Source: an uncultured Candidatus Saccharibacteria bacterium
GTDB taxonomy: Bacteria; Patescibacteriota; Minisyncoccia; Phycocordibacterales; UBA1006
DNA: 64,000 nt
Assembly (NCBI GenBank): GCA_964601935.1
Contig: CAZROP010000001.1
Location: 185,867 to 249,866 of the forward strand
Direction: 5' to 3'
Shown: positions 20,596 through 30,354 of the stretch, in pieces
Layout: the number at the start of each line of letters is the position of its first letter
Numbering within the stretch: the first letter of the stretch is position 1
Translations under genes and position numbers: made by a program
Notes under the pieces: generated by a model
The model's input: the letters and a program-made list of their open reading frames with translations, nothing else
The model's database searches: none
What the model was told of the DNA's origin: nothing

Positions 20596-20680
20596 CGGAG
20601 ATGGCGGGATTCGAACCCGCGAGGGGTTGCCCCCTGCTACCTTTCCAAGGTAGTGCACTCGACCACTATGCGACATCTCC
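20596..20680 (-). tRNA. tRNA-Ser (anticodon GGA), type II
   Basis: minus-strand cloverleaf: acceptor GGAGATG/CATCTCC, anticodon loop TTGGAAA, long variable arm CAGGGGGCAACCCCTCG, T-arm GCGGGTTCGAATCCCGC. Confidence 0.8.
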
Positions 20681-20727
20681 AATCAACCTAGAGATACTAG
20701 CATAGTGTTAACGGTGTAACAATGGAA

Positions 20728-23700
20728 TTACGCTGCTTCTTGTAATTCTTCTCTTCCTTGCTCATTCAATGGAACAACTTTTGTACCGCTAGTTCTTTTA
20801 CGAGATAAAAAGTCTTTGAAATCTCTACCATTTTTTATTCGATCGACATGACTCTTTATCTGTTCATTAGTAGTACTCATTGATTCTACAACTTCTGGAG
20901 TAGTACTATTCTCCCGACCACGAGCTCTTCTTGCCAGCTGAGCTTGTATTTGCTCTGTAGTAGGACTTTTATTTTCTCTTGGTTTAGCATTTTCTATCCT
21001 TCTGCTCTGCCAAGAAGCTGTGGCTCTTTTTAGTGCAGGAGTAACGAATGCAGTACTTTGAAGCTGACCCTCCTCTTCTTTAGGTTTATCAAACACGCCA
21101 TCCCAGAAACTATCCCATCTATGTTCCTGTGTAAGGGTTTGAGATTCTGCGACGGGGGCTACATTTGCTTCTATTACACTTGATGTAGCAGAGGTTTGAT
21201 TGGTTTCTTCACCTGCAATAGGGGTATCAAACCCAAAGAATGAGGAATCATAACTCTGATTAGTAGTATTATTAATCGTCTGAGAGTTATTATCTTCAGC
21301 TTGCAGCCTATTACCTTGATTAGTATTATTAAGCTGTTCTCTATTATTTTCACCATCTCGAGCAAGAGAACGATCTCTCTGTAGAGTCCGCCTCTCATCA
21401 TTATCAGGCGTACGGCCTGGTTCTTGGTCTGGGTGTTTTTCCTTGTAGTCATCTGTCGGCCCCATAAATCGCTGGGCATGTATAGGTTGCACATGTATAT
21501 CAGTATCATATACATTAGGTGCTTCGTAGTCTATATCAAGGATTGGTTGATTCGAAAAGTTCTCACCCTGTATACGAGCCAACGAGCGTACATTGTACGG
21601 CATAGTATCTGAACCATCTCCCTCTAATACTTCTACTGCCAGTATCTGCCCTTTCAATTCGAATTTTCCATCTTCAGTCACATGAAGGAATTCAGAGTTA
21701 ACACCAGTATTCGGAATAAATGCCTTACCATTTTTATCAAATTCTATAAATACAGCACCTTTGTTACCGATACTATCACTTGTTACTAATTTTTCGCTTC
21801 CCTCGTAGAGCATTAACTTTATTTTTCCTTTTCCTACCATTTCTTTTATTTGATCTCCTGTCAGTTTATTACTACCAAATGTTGACTCATCGTTAAACAT
21901 GTCTGCAATCGACATTTCGTATCCCTTCACATTTCCATCAGCATCCCATATTACACCTGATCCATTTGGTCCTCCCCATTTTAGATCCAATTCATTGCGC
22001 GCAAATTCTTTGGTATCATAATCATAATAATTGTCCATTCGAACAGATTTGAATTCAGCTGGACGCTCTGCTCCATTATAAGAATCAAAATATGAACCTG
22101 GGACAGGTGTCTCTGTTATCGTGAATCCTTTCCCTGCTAATGCTTTCTGTATATCGTCCTGACCTATTACACCATCACCTGCGGCATCTGGTATAGAAAT
22201 GTTTACGCCATTCGGTCCTGTTAGTGCAACACCATTTCCCTGCTGCTCCAGACAGAACCCATCCGGTAGACGCACATCTGCAGATACCTTGCCATCTATA
22301 CCCTGGATGATAGAACTGTGAGACATGGTAGTCGTGCCTCCGCCTGTTATCAGATTTTTTAACTGCATCAGGAGTGTTGCCTTTTTCTCGGAATCTCGTT
22401 CTGTGAACCAACTTTCTACCAAACCCATCGTAGAATCATCTATCAATGCCCATATTTCAGCAGTTGCAATACCGAATGCAAATGATAGTGCAAATACGGC
22501 TGAACCTGTTATCGCTGCCTCTTTTGCGAGCATTGATTTCACCCCCCTCTTATGTTTAGAAATACTTTCTATCAACTCCTTTCTAGTTTTTGAAATCTCA
22601 GGATTTTCACGTGCATTTTGTAGAGCATTATTAAATTCATTACCAAGTTCTTTTTTTAATCCTGCACGTAGACGTGCCATTAGAACAGCAATTTCACGAT
22701 GTTGTGCTTCTACCTGACCCGGATCATACTGAATTAATTCTACCTTTTTAATATTACCTGACTTTATAAGATCTTCATAACGGATCAATAATTCCAGTTT
22801 TGATTCTAGGGGATACTCCTGACCAGCACGTAATTCGCTGATAATAGATTGTGCTGGTTGCAAATCCATGCTAAATTTTTCAAACTTTGCAGCAACTTTA
22901 TCATTACTATAGGTTTCTCCTGCAGCAGTGTTCTGGTAATACTGCTGTGCCTCGGTGGTTCTACGATTATACTGCGCTGATCCTGCGAATGCTCCACCTA
23001 TAACTGAACCTACGACTGGCACAGCTAATGTTGCTTCTGCTGCCTTTTTCGAAACTATTTTTGCGACTGATGCCGCAGCACCCGCGAGGACAGCCAGCGT
23101 TGTTCCATTAAACACTCTTGTGACTTTTATTTTTTCACACCATCTACCAAATCTACCTTTGTATTTCGATGATAACGAATGTTCTGCAATCGCTATTTTC
23201 AGAGAAATATGAAGTTCGTTTATATATCTAGCTTTCTCATCAGCGCTCAAACCCTCAAATAGAGACTTGACTTCTCTGCAGACCACAAAGAAATTATGAG
23301 CAGTTATTGTTTCCTGACCACCTCCTTGGATTCTGCGTAGTGTATCGAGCTGCTGATTTACTAACTCCTGATACGTAATTGTTTGACCTGTGGGTACTTC
23401 TGATCTGAAACTATCGATATCTTCCTGAGATTTCAGAAATTCTATCAAAAATGTTCTGAGATTTTCTGATACCTGTGCCTGTCGAGTTTCATTATTATCT
23501 ACATTATAGACCTTTTCACCTGCGCTCAAGATACTATCGTCACCACTAATCACACGATCAGCTGCTGATTCGTACAGTGCACGTGTTCTTGCCTCGCCAT
23601 CATCCTCACCCAAAAACACATTACGCTGTTCTGCTGTTTCCCGTAGTGCAGCAACACGGTGTTTTGCCTGTCGATACTCATGAACTATTGCATTTTTAGC

Positions 23701-23871
23701 TCTTGTGAACTGTCGTGCGATCCAGTTCTTTTTTTCTGCTGACTGTTCCTGAGCCCCTAATCGTTCTGCTGCCAATTTACGAGCATACTGTCGTTGAATA
23801 TCAGTCACATCAGCAATACCTACATTAACTTCTGTAGGTATTTCTTCAAAACTTGTTTCTCTGAGCAACAT
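20728..23871 (-). CDS. large surface/membrane protein: N-terminal coiled-coil domain, two TM helices, large C-terminal extracytoplasmic domain with Q/N/T-rich tail
   Basis: 1047 aa with Gly/Ala-rich TMs (LAVPVVGSVIGGAFAGSAQY; AITGSAVFALSFAFGIATAEIW); no known catalytic motifs; paralogous in architecture to 52969..55047. Confidence 0.5.
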   Translation of the reverse strand: MLLRETSFEEIPTEVNVGIADVTDIQRQYARKLAAERLGAQEQSAEKKNWIARQFTRAKNAIVHEYRQAKHRVAALRETAEQRNVFLGEDDGEARTRALYESAADRVISGDDSILSAGEKVYNVDNNETRQAQVSENLRTFLIEFLKSQEDIDSFRSEVPTGQTITYQELVNQQLDTLRRIQGGGQETITAHNFFVVCREVKSLFEGLSADEKARYINELHISLKIAIAEHSLSSKYKGRFGRWCEKIKVTRVFNGTTLAVLAGAAASVAKIVSKKAAEATLAVPVVGSVIGGAFAGSAQYNRRTTEAQQYYQNTAAGETYSNDKVAAKFEKFSMDLQPAQSIISELRAGQEYPLESKLELLIRYEDLIKSGNIKKVELIQYDPGQVEAQHREIAVLMARLRAGLKKELGNEFNNALQNARENPEISKTRKELIESISKHKRGVKSMLAKEAAITGSAVFALSFAFGIATAEIWALIDDSTMGLVESWFTERDSEKKATLLMQLKNLITGGGTTTMSHSSIIQGIDGKVSADVRLPDGFCLEQQGNGVALTGPNGVNISIPDAAGDGVIGQDDIQKALAGKGFTITETPVPGSYFDSYNGAERPAEFKSVRMDNYYDYDTKEFARNELDLKWGGPNGSGVIWDADGNVKGYEMSIADMFNDESTFGSNKLTGDQIKEMVGKGKIKLMLYEGSEKLVTSDSIGNKGAVFIEFDKNGKAFIPNTGVNSEFLHVTEDGKFELKGQILAVEVLEGDGSDTMPYNVRSLARIQGENFSNQPILDIDYEAPNVYDTDIHVQPIHAQRFMGPTDDYKEKHPDQEPGRTPDNDERRTLQRDRSLARDGENNREQLNNTNQGNRLQAEDNNSQTINNTTNQSYDSSFFGFDTPIAGEETNQTSATSSVIEANVAPVAESQTLTQEHRWDSFWDGVFDKPKEEEGQLQSTAFVTPALKRATASWQSRRIENAKPRENKSPTTEQIQAQLARRARGRENSTTPEVVESMSTTNEQIKSHVDRIKNGRDFKDFLSRKRTSGTKVVPLNEQGREELQEAA

Positions 23872-23885
23872 ACCGATATAGAAAT

Positions 23886-24233
23886 CTATTGAGACACCTC
23901 TGTCGGGGACACAGGTTCTTGCGACGATGAATTATCTGGGATGTAGAGTCTTCTGAACTCTAACATTTCTTTCGTAAGAAGCTCTGCCATATTAGGAACA
24001 TGTGCTGCGCAGAATTCCTGAATTTCAGCATCTGATGCTGTTTCTGTCATAGCATCGAATGTATCTAGTTTGTCTTTCGGTAATGCTGTAAAAATAGCAA
24101 CCTGAATACGCGTTTCCAATTGCTGCATAAAATCAGCTTTCATTTCGGCATAAATTTCCGGCTCTAGATCGCCAAAATTTTTGTCGTGCAGTATCTCGTC
24201 TATAAAATTTCCTAAAATTTCATCAGTGTTCAT
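23886..24233 (-). CDS. small acidic protein, paralog of 55096..55419 (possible dedicated chaperone/partner)
   Basis: 115 aa, highly acidic, 15 nt upstream of the 1047-aa gene; the C-terminal half aligns with the 107-aa ORF (LD.FDAM....DAEI.EF....P..AE...EM). Confidence 0.5.
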   Translation of the reverse strand: MNTDEILGNFIDEILHDKNFGDLEPEIYAEMKADFMQQLETRIQVAIFTALPKDKLDTFDAMTETASDAEIQEFCAAHVPNMAELLTKEMLEFRRLYIPDNSSSQEPVSPTEVSQ

Positions 24234-24419
24234 AAGTACTATAAGGTGGAATTATACAATAACACCATCAGTATACACTGAACATAGATTATTGTATTGT
24301 GTATAACATTATAGTATTTATCGAAGAAACATTTGAAGATTGTGAATATAACTAAGTATAAAAGTATAAAAAACAAAACACCCTTACGGGTGTTTTGTTT
24401 TAGGTATTCTCAGAGAGAA

Positions 24420-24641
24420 TTACTGAGCAGGTACAACAACGTCTGTTGATACTTCAACAGGCTGTACTGCTGGCGCAGGCTGGATGTCTGTAACTGGTGC
24501 TCCCTCTACTGGAACTTCTTCTACAGCCTTGTTCTTCTTTCCGGTTACGATGATAATGATGATTATCACGATTACTGCAACAGCGATAAGGCTAGTTACG
24601 ATTGTATTTCCTTTGATCATAATAAATATAGATTCTTTCAA
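24420..24641 (-). CDS. small single-pass membrane protein
   Basis: 73 aa with one strongly hydrophobic helix (IAVAVIVIIIIIIVTG) followed by a Pro/Val-rich tail. Confidence 0.4.
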   Translation of the reverse strand: MKESIFIMIKGNTIVTSLIAVAVIVIIIIIIVTGKKNKAVEEVPVEGAPVTDIQPAPAVQPVEVSTDVVVPAQ

Positions 24642-24792
24642 ATGTTTTTAATAAAGTTGACATACCCTTTCCCCACAACAGAAGGGTGGATACGTATCTA
24701 TCGTATATCTTTACCCCAAAAATGCAACGGTCGTACGTGGAAAACAATAATTCCCGAGAAATGTCTACTTCGAGACCTCTGAAAATCCTTAT

Positions 24793-26427
24793 TTATACAT
24801 CGACCAACGGAGGTTTTGGACGGTACTGCAACGCATCCAGTATATGCCGGTCTTCAATAGTAGGAGACGATTCCATATCTGCAATCGTACGACCAATACG
24901 TATTACGCGATGATAGGCACGCGGTGACAAGTGCAGTTTTTCCGCGCTTTTCATCAATAACGTTCGTGCGCTATCTGACAAACCTACGGAATTCATATCA
25001 CGCGCCTGAATCAATGCATTAGGTGATCGTAATCCTGCAGACCCTGCACGTGTACTACCAAACGCACGTGCCTGTATGATATTTTGCCTGATCTGTGCAC
25101 TAGTTTCTCCTATAGAACTGTTATCATGCAAAGTTTCGTAGGAAATATGCTCTACCGGAACCCAGAGATCAATACGATCAACCAGAGGTCCTGATAGCTT
25201 TTTCCTATATTTTCGTATCTGAATTTCGCTACAGGTACAGCGTTTGACCCGTGACCCTGCAAATCCACATGGACAAGGATTCATAGCTGCAACTAATATA
25301 AAATTAGCAGGAAATTCTATTGTTCCTCGGGCACGCGATACAGTTACCACCTTATCCTCCAGCGGTTGCCGTAAACTTTCTAATACTTTTAGGTCAAATT
25401 CAGGGAATTCATCCAAAAACAACACACCGCGGTGCGCGAGACTCACTTCGCCAGGGCGTGGCACCGTGCCCCCACCTACTAATGCCACATAACTACTAGT
25501 ATGGTGCGGACTACGAAATGGCGGGTAATTAATAAATGACCCTTGTAGTGTTCCTGCGACTGAATGAATCCCTGTTACCTCTATGGCATCATCCAGTGAT
25601 AACTGAGGTAATAACCCAGTAAACGCACGGGCGAGCATGGTTTTGCCCGTTCCGGGCGGTCCGAACAAGGCAATACTATGGCCGCCTGCGGCGGCTATTT
25701 CTAACGCCCGTTTTGCCGATTCCTGACCTCGCACTGTCGATATGTCAGGATACTGTGGTGATTGTCGTAATAATGACTCGTCGAACTGGGCTATGGTAAT
25801 ATTCTGTACCTCTGTAGGTAGTTTTTGTTCCCGCATCATGCGTTCGAAACCATTCGTATCAATATGCGCTACAATATCCCGCAGATGATGTACGCCATAT
25901 ACGGTGATACCTTCCACTACCGATGCCTCATTGGCGTTTTCTTGCGGCACATATATGTCGGTATATCCCTGGTTCCGAGCCTCGATAGTCAACGGTAACA
26001 CCCCGCGTACTGACTGAATATCTCCATTCAGTGATAACTCACCTAAAAACAAGGACTTGTCACACTCACCCTGTATCGATCCGCTCGCTATCAAATACCC
26101 TATAGCTATTGCAATATCGTAATATGACCCTTCTTTGCGTAATTCTGCGGGCGATAACGATACAATTGTTTTTTGATTAGCATGTTTTGGCGACGGAAAA
26201 CCGCTATTATGCAACGCGGTGCCCACGCGCCCTCGAGATTCATCCACTGATTTATCAGGTACACCAATAATATCGAATTTATTAAGAGTATTATGAACAA
26301 TATCTACCTCGACCGTAACAACACTACCCGTAATACCTCGTGGCTGCGCCGAATGTACCCGTGCAAATGACGGCTTTTTCATAGATAGCCAGTACTGTAA
26401 CACAAATAATTGTAATATCAAAAACAC
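24793..26427 (-). CDS. comM: Mg-chelatase-like AAA+ ATPase YifB/ComM
   Basis: 544 aa; Lon-like N-terminal domain; Walker A FGPPGTGKTM; FLDEFPEF; C-terminal Zn motif VKRCTCS. Confidence 0.8.
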   Translation of the reverse strand: MFLILQLFVLQYWLSMKKPSFARVHSAQPRGITGSVVTVEVDIVHNTLNKFDIIGVPDKSVDESRGRVGTALHNSGFPSPKHANQKTIVSLSPAELRKEGSYYDIAIAIGYLIASGSIQGECDKSLFLGELSLNGDIQSVRGVLPLTIEARNQGYTDIYVPQENANEASVVEGITVYGVHHLRDIVAHIDTNGFERMMREQKLPTEVQNITIAQFDESLLRQSPQYPDISTVRGQESAKRALEIAAAGGHSIALFGPPGTGKTMLARAFTGLLPQLSLDDAIEVTGIHSVAGTLQGSFINYPPFRSPHHTSSYVALVGGGTVPRPGEVSLAHRGVLFLDEFPEFDLKVLESLRQPLEDKVVTVSRARGTIEFPANFILVAAMNPCPCGFAGSRVKRCTCSEIQIRKYRKKLSGPLVDRIDLWVPVEHISYETLHDNSSIGETSAQIRQNIIQARAFGSTRAGSAGLRSPNALIQARDMNSVGLSDSARTLLMKSAEKLHLSPRAYHRVIRIGRTIADMESSPTIEDRHILDALQYRPKPPLVDV

Positions 26428-26461
26428 CCTCTATAGGGTGTTTTATCAAATTAAACTAGTA

Positions 26462-26935
26462 TTACCACTCGTAATAATTATAGTCGTAGCTGGAATTATT
26501 GTAGTTATTATTATAATTACGCCCACAATAGTAACATCGGTTAGCACTTGAATTATTACGTCGCGCATTTCTCTGCTGATTACATGCGCGATTAGTACAG
26601 ACTACTTGATCATTGTATCCGCCGTAGTTGCGATAATTATTGGTATTACACGAATATCCACAATTTGATTGGTATCGTGTTGTAGGGCGATAGTTATTAC
26701 AGCCACTATAACCACAATTACCGTTATAATACCCATTATTATAGCTGTAATCTATACTAAAGTCGACGTAGCTATAGTTACTACCATAATAGTAATCATC
26801 GTAATAACAATTAGAGTAATAATCACATGCAAAGGTAAGGCTCGGTAGTACGAAGCCGCCTGCGAGAATGATCATGAATGTTGATATAATCTTTTTCATA
26901 TGAGTTAAGTGTATAGCTATATTATAAAAATGCAA
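26462..26935 (-). CDS. secreted Tyr/Asn/Cys-rich low-complexity mini-protein
   Basis: signal peptide MKKIISTFMIILAGGFVLPSLTFA (probable start at the internal Met, ~26896); the mature ~120 aa is roughly a quarter Tyr, a quarter Asn, with 10 Cys. Confidence 0.45.
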   Translation of the reverse strand: MHFYNIAIHLTHMKKIISTFMIILAGGFVLPSLTFACDYYSNCYYDDYYYGSNYSYVDFSIDYSYNNGYYNGNCGYSGCNNYRPTTRYQSNCGYSCNTNNYRNYGGYNDQVVCTNRACNQQRNARRNNSSANRCYYCGRNYNNNYNNSSYDYNYYEW

Positions 26936-27154
26936 TAGATATTGATGTTATCGCGTATTTATCAACCAGTGATAGGGCGACAAGTATATCCGAGAAGTAC
27001 TAAAAACCATACGTATTTTAGAATCGTTTCGTGACTTGTAAGTTCTAAAACTACAAATGCGCAACGATACTCTATTTACTAAACTTGATATATATGGCGA
27101 TATATTCATATCATAGTGAATAATACACTATATTATTAATATGTCAAATTATAA

Positions 27155-27188
27155 AACAAAAAACTCCTTTTTAATAAGGAGTTTTTTG
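27155..27188 (-). terminator. bidirectional intrinsic terminator after nusG
   Basis: hairpin aaaaaactcc/ggagtttttt with A/T runs on both sides. Confidence 0.6.
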
Positions 27189-27205
27189 TTTCTCTTGCAT
27201 AAGTA

Positions 27206-27751
27206 CTACAATGCCTTGATATGCGTAAAATCCAGATCTACAGGAGTTTCGCGACCAAACATCGAGATAATGACTCGTGCACGTCCTGTTTCTGGGGATA
27301 GCTCGCTAATAACCCCATACTGGTCCTTGAACGGTCCTTCGAGCACACGAACCTTGTCATGTACCGCAAAGTCCGATTGATAGGTCACAGCGGTGTTTTC
27401 TGCCCGCTGCATGATGCGATTGAGCTCGTCCTCGGTAATCGGCACAGGCTGCGTTCCTGACCCCACAAAGCCCGTCACACGCGGTGTATTACGCACAATG
27501 TACCAGGAATCGTCGTCTACGATCATTTCTACTAGAACATACCCTGGATAGACCTTTTCATCCACAGTCTGCTTCTTTGCGCCCTTTATTTTTACCGTTT
27601 TTTCATGAGGAACCAGTACACTGAATATTTTATCCTGATATCCCAGAGATTCCACACGCTGACGCAAATTACGCGCCACAGCATCCTCGTAACCAGAATA
27701 AGTGTGTACTACATACCATGCACGCTGCCCTGAACTTTGTTGGCGAGACAT
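27206..27751 (-). CDS. nusG: transcription termination/antitermination factor NusG
   Basis: 181 aa; NGN domain (WYVVHTYSGYE) and KOW domain (GDKVRVLEGPFKDQYGVI). Confidence 0.88.
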   Translation of the reverse strand: MSRQQSSGQRAWYVVHTYSGYEDAVARNLRQRVESLGYQDKIFSVLVPHEKTVKIKGAKKQTVDEKVYPGYVLVEMIVDDDSWYIVRNTPRVTGFVGSGTQPVPITEDELNRIMQRAENTAVTYQSDFAVHDKVRVLEGPFKDQYGVISELSPETGRARVIISMFGRETPVDLDFTHIKAL

Positions 27752-27754
27752 ATA

Positions 27755-28108
27755 TTATTGATTAGGGTTATCGGTTGTTGTAGTAATCGGGTTTGAAATC
27801 TGCTGCTGTATTAAGGAATTGATATCGATAGGATTACCGTTTTCATCAGTAACACTCGCTCCAGTTGGGAGGAATGACGGCTGCTCGGTAACAGTTTCTG
27901 TACCTACGAGTGTTCGCAAACCCTTCAAACCTGCCAAAAATCCTGCATCTACCAGGCTAATAAAATATGAAAACCCGATAACGCACAGAATAACCAACGC
28001 CGTGAATGCAGCTACTTTACGTGGACGAGGCCAGGTTACATTACGTAATTCTGCATATACCTCGCGGAAAAACGTGAATTTAGGTAGTGCCATAGATAGT
28101 TTTGCCAT
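27755..28108 (-). CDS. secE: preprotein translocase subunit SecE
   Basis: REVYAELRNVTWPRPRKV followed by a single TM; conserved secE-nusG adjacency. Confidence 0.75.
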   Translation of the reverse strand: MAKLSMALPKFTFFREVYAELRNVTWPRPRKVAAFTALVILCVIGFSYFISLVDAGFLAGLKGLRTLVGTETVTEQPSFLPTGASVTDENGNPIDINSLIQQQISNPITTTTDNPNQ

Positions 28109-28376
28109 ATACGCGTTATAATACTATAGATAGCGCATTTTTCAAGTAGTCTCACTATTTTAAACCGACATTTTCAATGTTATACACTTTTTTAAGGGTT
28201 TTCCCCAGGTATATACACAGAAATGTCGTTTATTAGTCTTTTATTACCCCCGTCTATTCAAAATAAAGACACTTTCGCAAGAGAAATAGGTAGTTATGTT
28301 TATTGTATAAGATGGGTAGTTCTCGAAATTTCTATGAACTTATTACGTTTCAACCTGAATGCTACAATAGTAGTCT

Positions 28377-28868
28377 ATGAAAGTTAGAGCATTTATATGT
28401 GCAATTTATAACCAGGAAAGCGAAAATGAGCTCTCTAGGTTTATTCTAAATCTAGAGAAAAATGGATATTCTGTACTAAATACTTGGGATAACAACGTAT
28501 GGGAAGCTCCAAAAGAGTATATTCAAGAGACAGGGGATACGCTGGAAAACAGAATTTTAATTATAAATAGCTTGTCTCTATCTGAAATTAGTAAATTAAA
28601 GCTATTTCTAATGGAACAGGAAGTAGAGTTTACAAAAAATAACAGAAGAACTCTCAATCTCAACCCTGGATACTTGTCTCCGAAAGGTATGTTCTTGATA
28701 ACACATAAAGACAACCCATATCGCAAAAGAGAAGAAATTGCGAATAATCTCTGGCAAGAAAAACAGTATGCCTACAACGGTTCAACATTTGAGATACTTG
28801 ATAATACTTTTTCTGAATACAGGGATAACGAAAGAATTGCTAAATTTACTAAATTATTTGACGAATAG
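28377..28868 (+). CDS. hypothetical protein
   Basis: 163-aa soluble ORF with no confident family assignment. Confidence 0.4.
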   Translation: MKVRAFICAIYNQESENELSRFILNLEKNGYSVLNTWDNNVWEAPKEYIQETGDTLENRILIINSLSLSEISKLKLFLMEQEVEFTKNNRRTLNLNPGYLSPKGMFLITHKDNPYRKREEIANNLWQEKQYAYNGSTFEILDNTFSEYRDNERIAKFTKLFDE

Positions 28869-28953
28869 AGCTCATTACTGCACACTGATATTGCTACATA
28901 GTGAAAAACATCCATAGTTCGGGAGTTATCGTGGAAAACATGGTGCTTAAACT

Positions 28954-29226
28954 CTATCTAATAATCACATCATTGATACTAAACTCGTGGGGATTACTGT
29001 TAATATACTGAACCAATCCATCCATACTGCAACGCGTTTGGAGTACCGTTTGTTCCGCAAAGGTTAAGTGTTGCAGTAATACCACCGTCTGCCCTATAAC
29101 AACCTGACGATTATTCAACGACATGCCTGTGCTATGACCTATATATTCCAAAGCTAGATCCTTTAAAACCTGGTCTCGCGACACAGTTTGTGCAAACATA
29201 TTCACCATTTCACTGATATGCTTCAT
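28954..29226 (-). CDS. hypothetical protein
   Basis: 90-aa ORF tightly packed upstream of dnaN. Confidence 0.35.
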   Translation of the reverse strand: MKHISEMVNMFAQTVSRDQVLKDLALEYIGHSTGMSLNNRQVVIGQTVVLLQHLTFAEQTVLQTRCSMDGLVQYINSNPHEFSINDVIIR

Positions 29227-29247
29227 ATACTATTAGATTTTTTCTTA

Positions 29248-30354
29248 TTATCGGCCTACCGGCATTAATAATGCTCTAAAATAGATATCATCTGGCGAGG
29301 TAACCATGATAGGGCGCATTGGATCTATACAGGAAAATACCACCCTATCCACAGACAGTACGTTCATTATTTTCATAATATTATCAGCATTTACGCGTAT
29401 CATGAGGTTTTCCTCGATATCTCCGACTATCAACGCTCTAAATGATGATTTACCCCGTCCACGGTCGTTATAATCCGTTTCGCAGACACACATACTCTCG
29501 TCTGTATTGGGCTTTAGCATTATTTTAGGGAACTGAGGGTCGGCGAATGGCTGTACTGTACGTAGTGCAGTACGTACCTCGTCACGTGTGGTCTCTATGG
29601 TAATAGGAAATTCTTTGGGAATGATTTGTTCATACTGAGGATACGAACCTGTGATAGTGCGTATTATCAATGTGTAATTTCCTGACTGAAACTGACAACT
29701 GCCTTCTGTCGCCACACAATCGACCTTTCCACTATTTCCTAGGCAATGTAGCACATGAGGCGTGTATTTATTAGGTAACAACACTGTCCCCTCCTCTAGC
29801 TCACAAGGTACTCGAGTCTCAGCCAGGTAAAAACTATCTGTCGCAGCAGCTACTAAAAACCCTTGTTTTATTGACAAAAACACCGATGCAAGCTCCGGTC
29901 GTATATCAGAAACCGCACAGGCGAATGACACCCGTTTGATAACATCAGATAGTAATGTAGACGATCCTGTATACCAAGTATCTCCAACGAGTTCAGCGAA
30001 CTCCTGAACAGTTTCATGGGGATAGGTTTTAATGTCCGCCTCCGAATCCCCTGAAACGACATGTACCACACCTTCTACTATCTCCAATGTCACTTCGCCG
30101 AGGTTTTTGATAGTACTCAGAAACCCTATCAGGACATTCTGATCGATAGCGACACGTCCTGCATCATCAACAGATACAAACGGTATGATGACGCGTCCCG
30201 ATACCCCTAGACCATGCGCCAGCACCTCTACGTGATCTGTGGCAACAGTGAGACACGTGTACGCTAGGATAGGTTGCGCTGGATGGCGTGTTGGTAATTT
30301 TGATACTGATTGTAGCGCATCCAGTAGAGTTTTCCCCTGCAAGGTCAGTTTCAT
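29248..30354 (-). CDS. dnaN: DNA polymerase III beta sliding clamp
   Basis: 368 aa; N-terminus MKLTLQGKTLLDALQSVSKLPTRHPAQPILAYTCLTV matches the DnaN pattern; length and three-domain periodicity fit. Confidence 0.65.
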   Translation of the reverse strand: MKLTLQGKTLLDALQSVSKLPTRHPAQPILAYTCLTVATDHVEVLAHGLGVSGRVIIPFVSVDDAGRVAIDQNVLIGFLSTIKNLGEVTLEIVEGVVHVVSGDSEADIKTYPHETVQEFAELVGDTWYTGSSTLLSDVIKRVSFACAVSDIRPELASVFLSIKQGFLVAAATDSFYLAETRVPCELEEGTVLLPNKYTPHVLHCLGNSGKVDCVATEGSCQFQSGNYTLIIRTITGSYPQYEQIIPKEFPITIETTRDEVRTALRTVQPFADPQFPKIMLKPNTDESMCVCETDYNDRGRGKSSFRALIVGDIEENLMIRVNADNIMKIMNVLSVDRVVFSCIDPMRPIMVTSPDDIYFRALLMPVGR

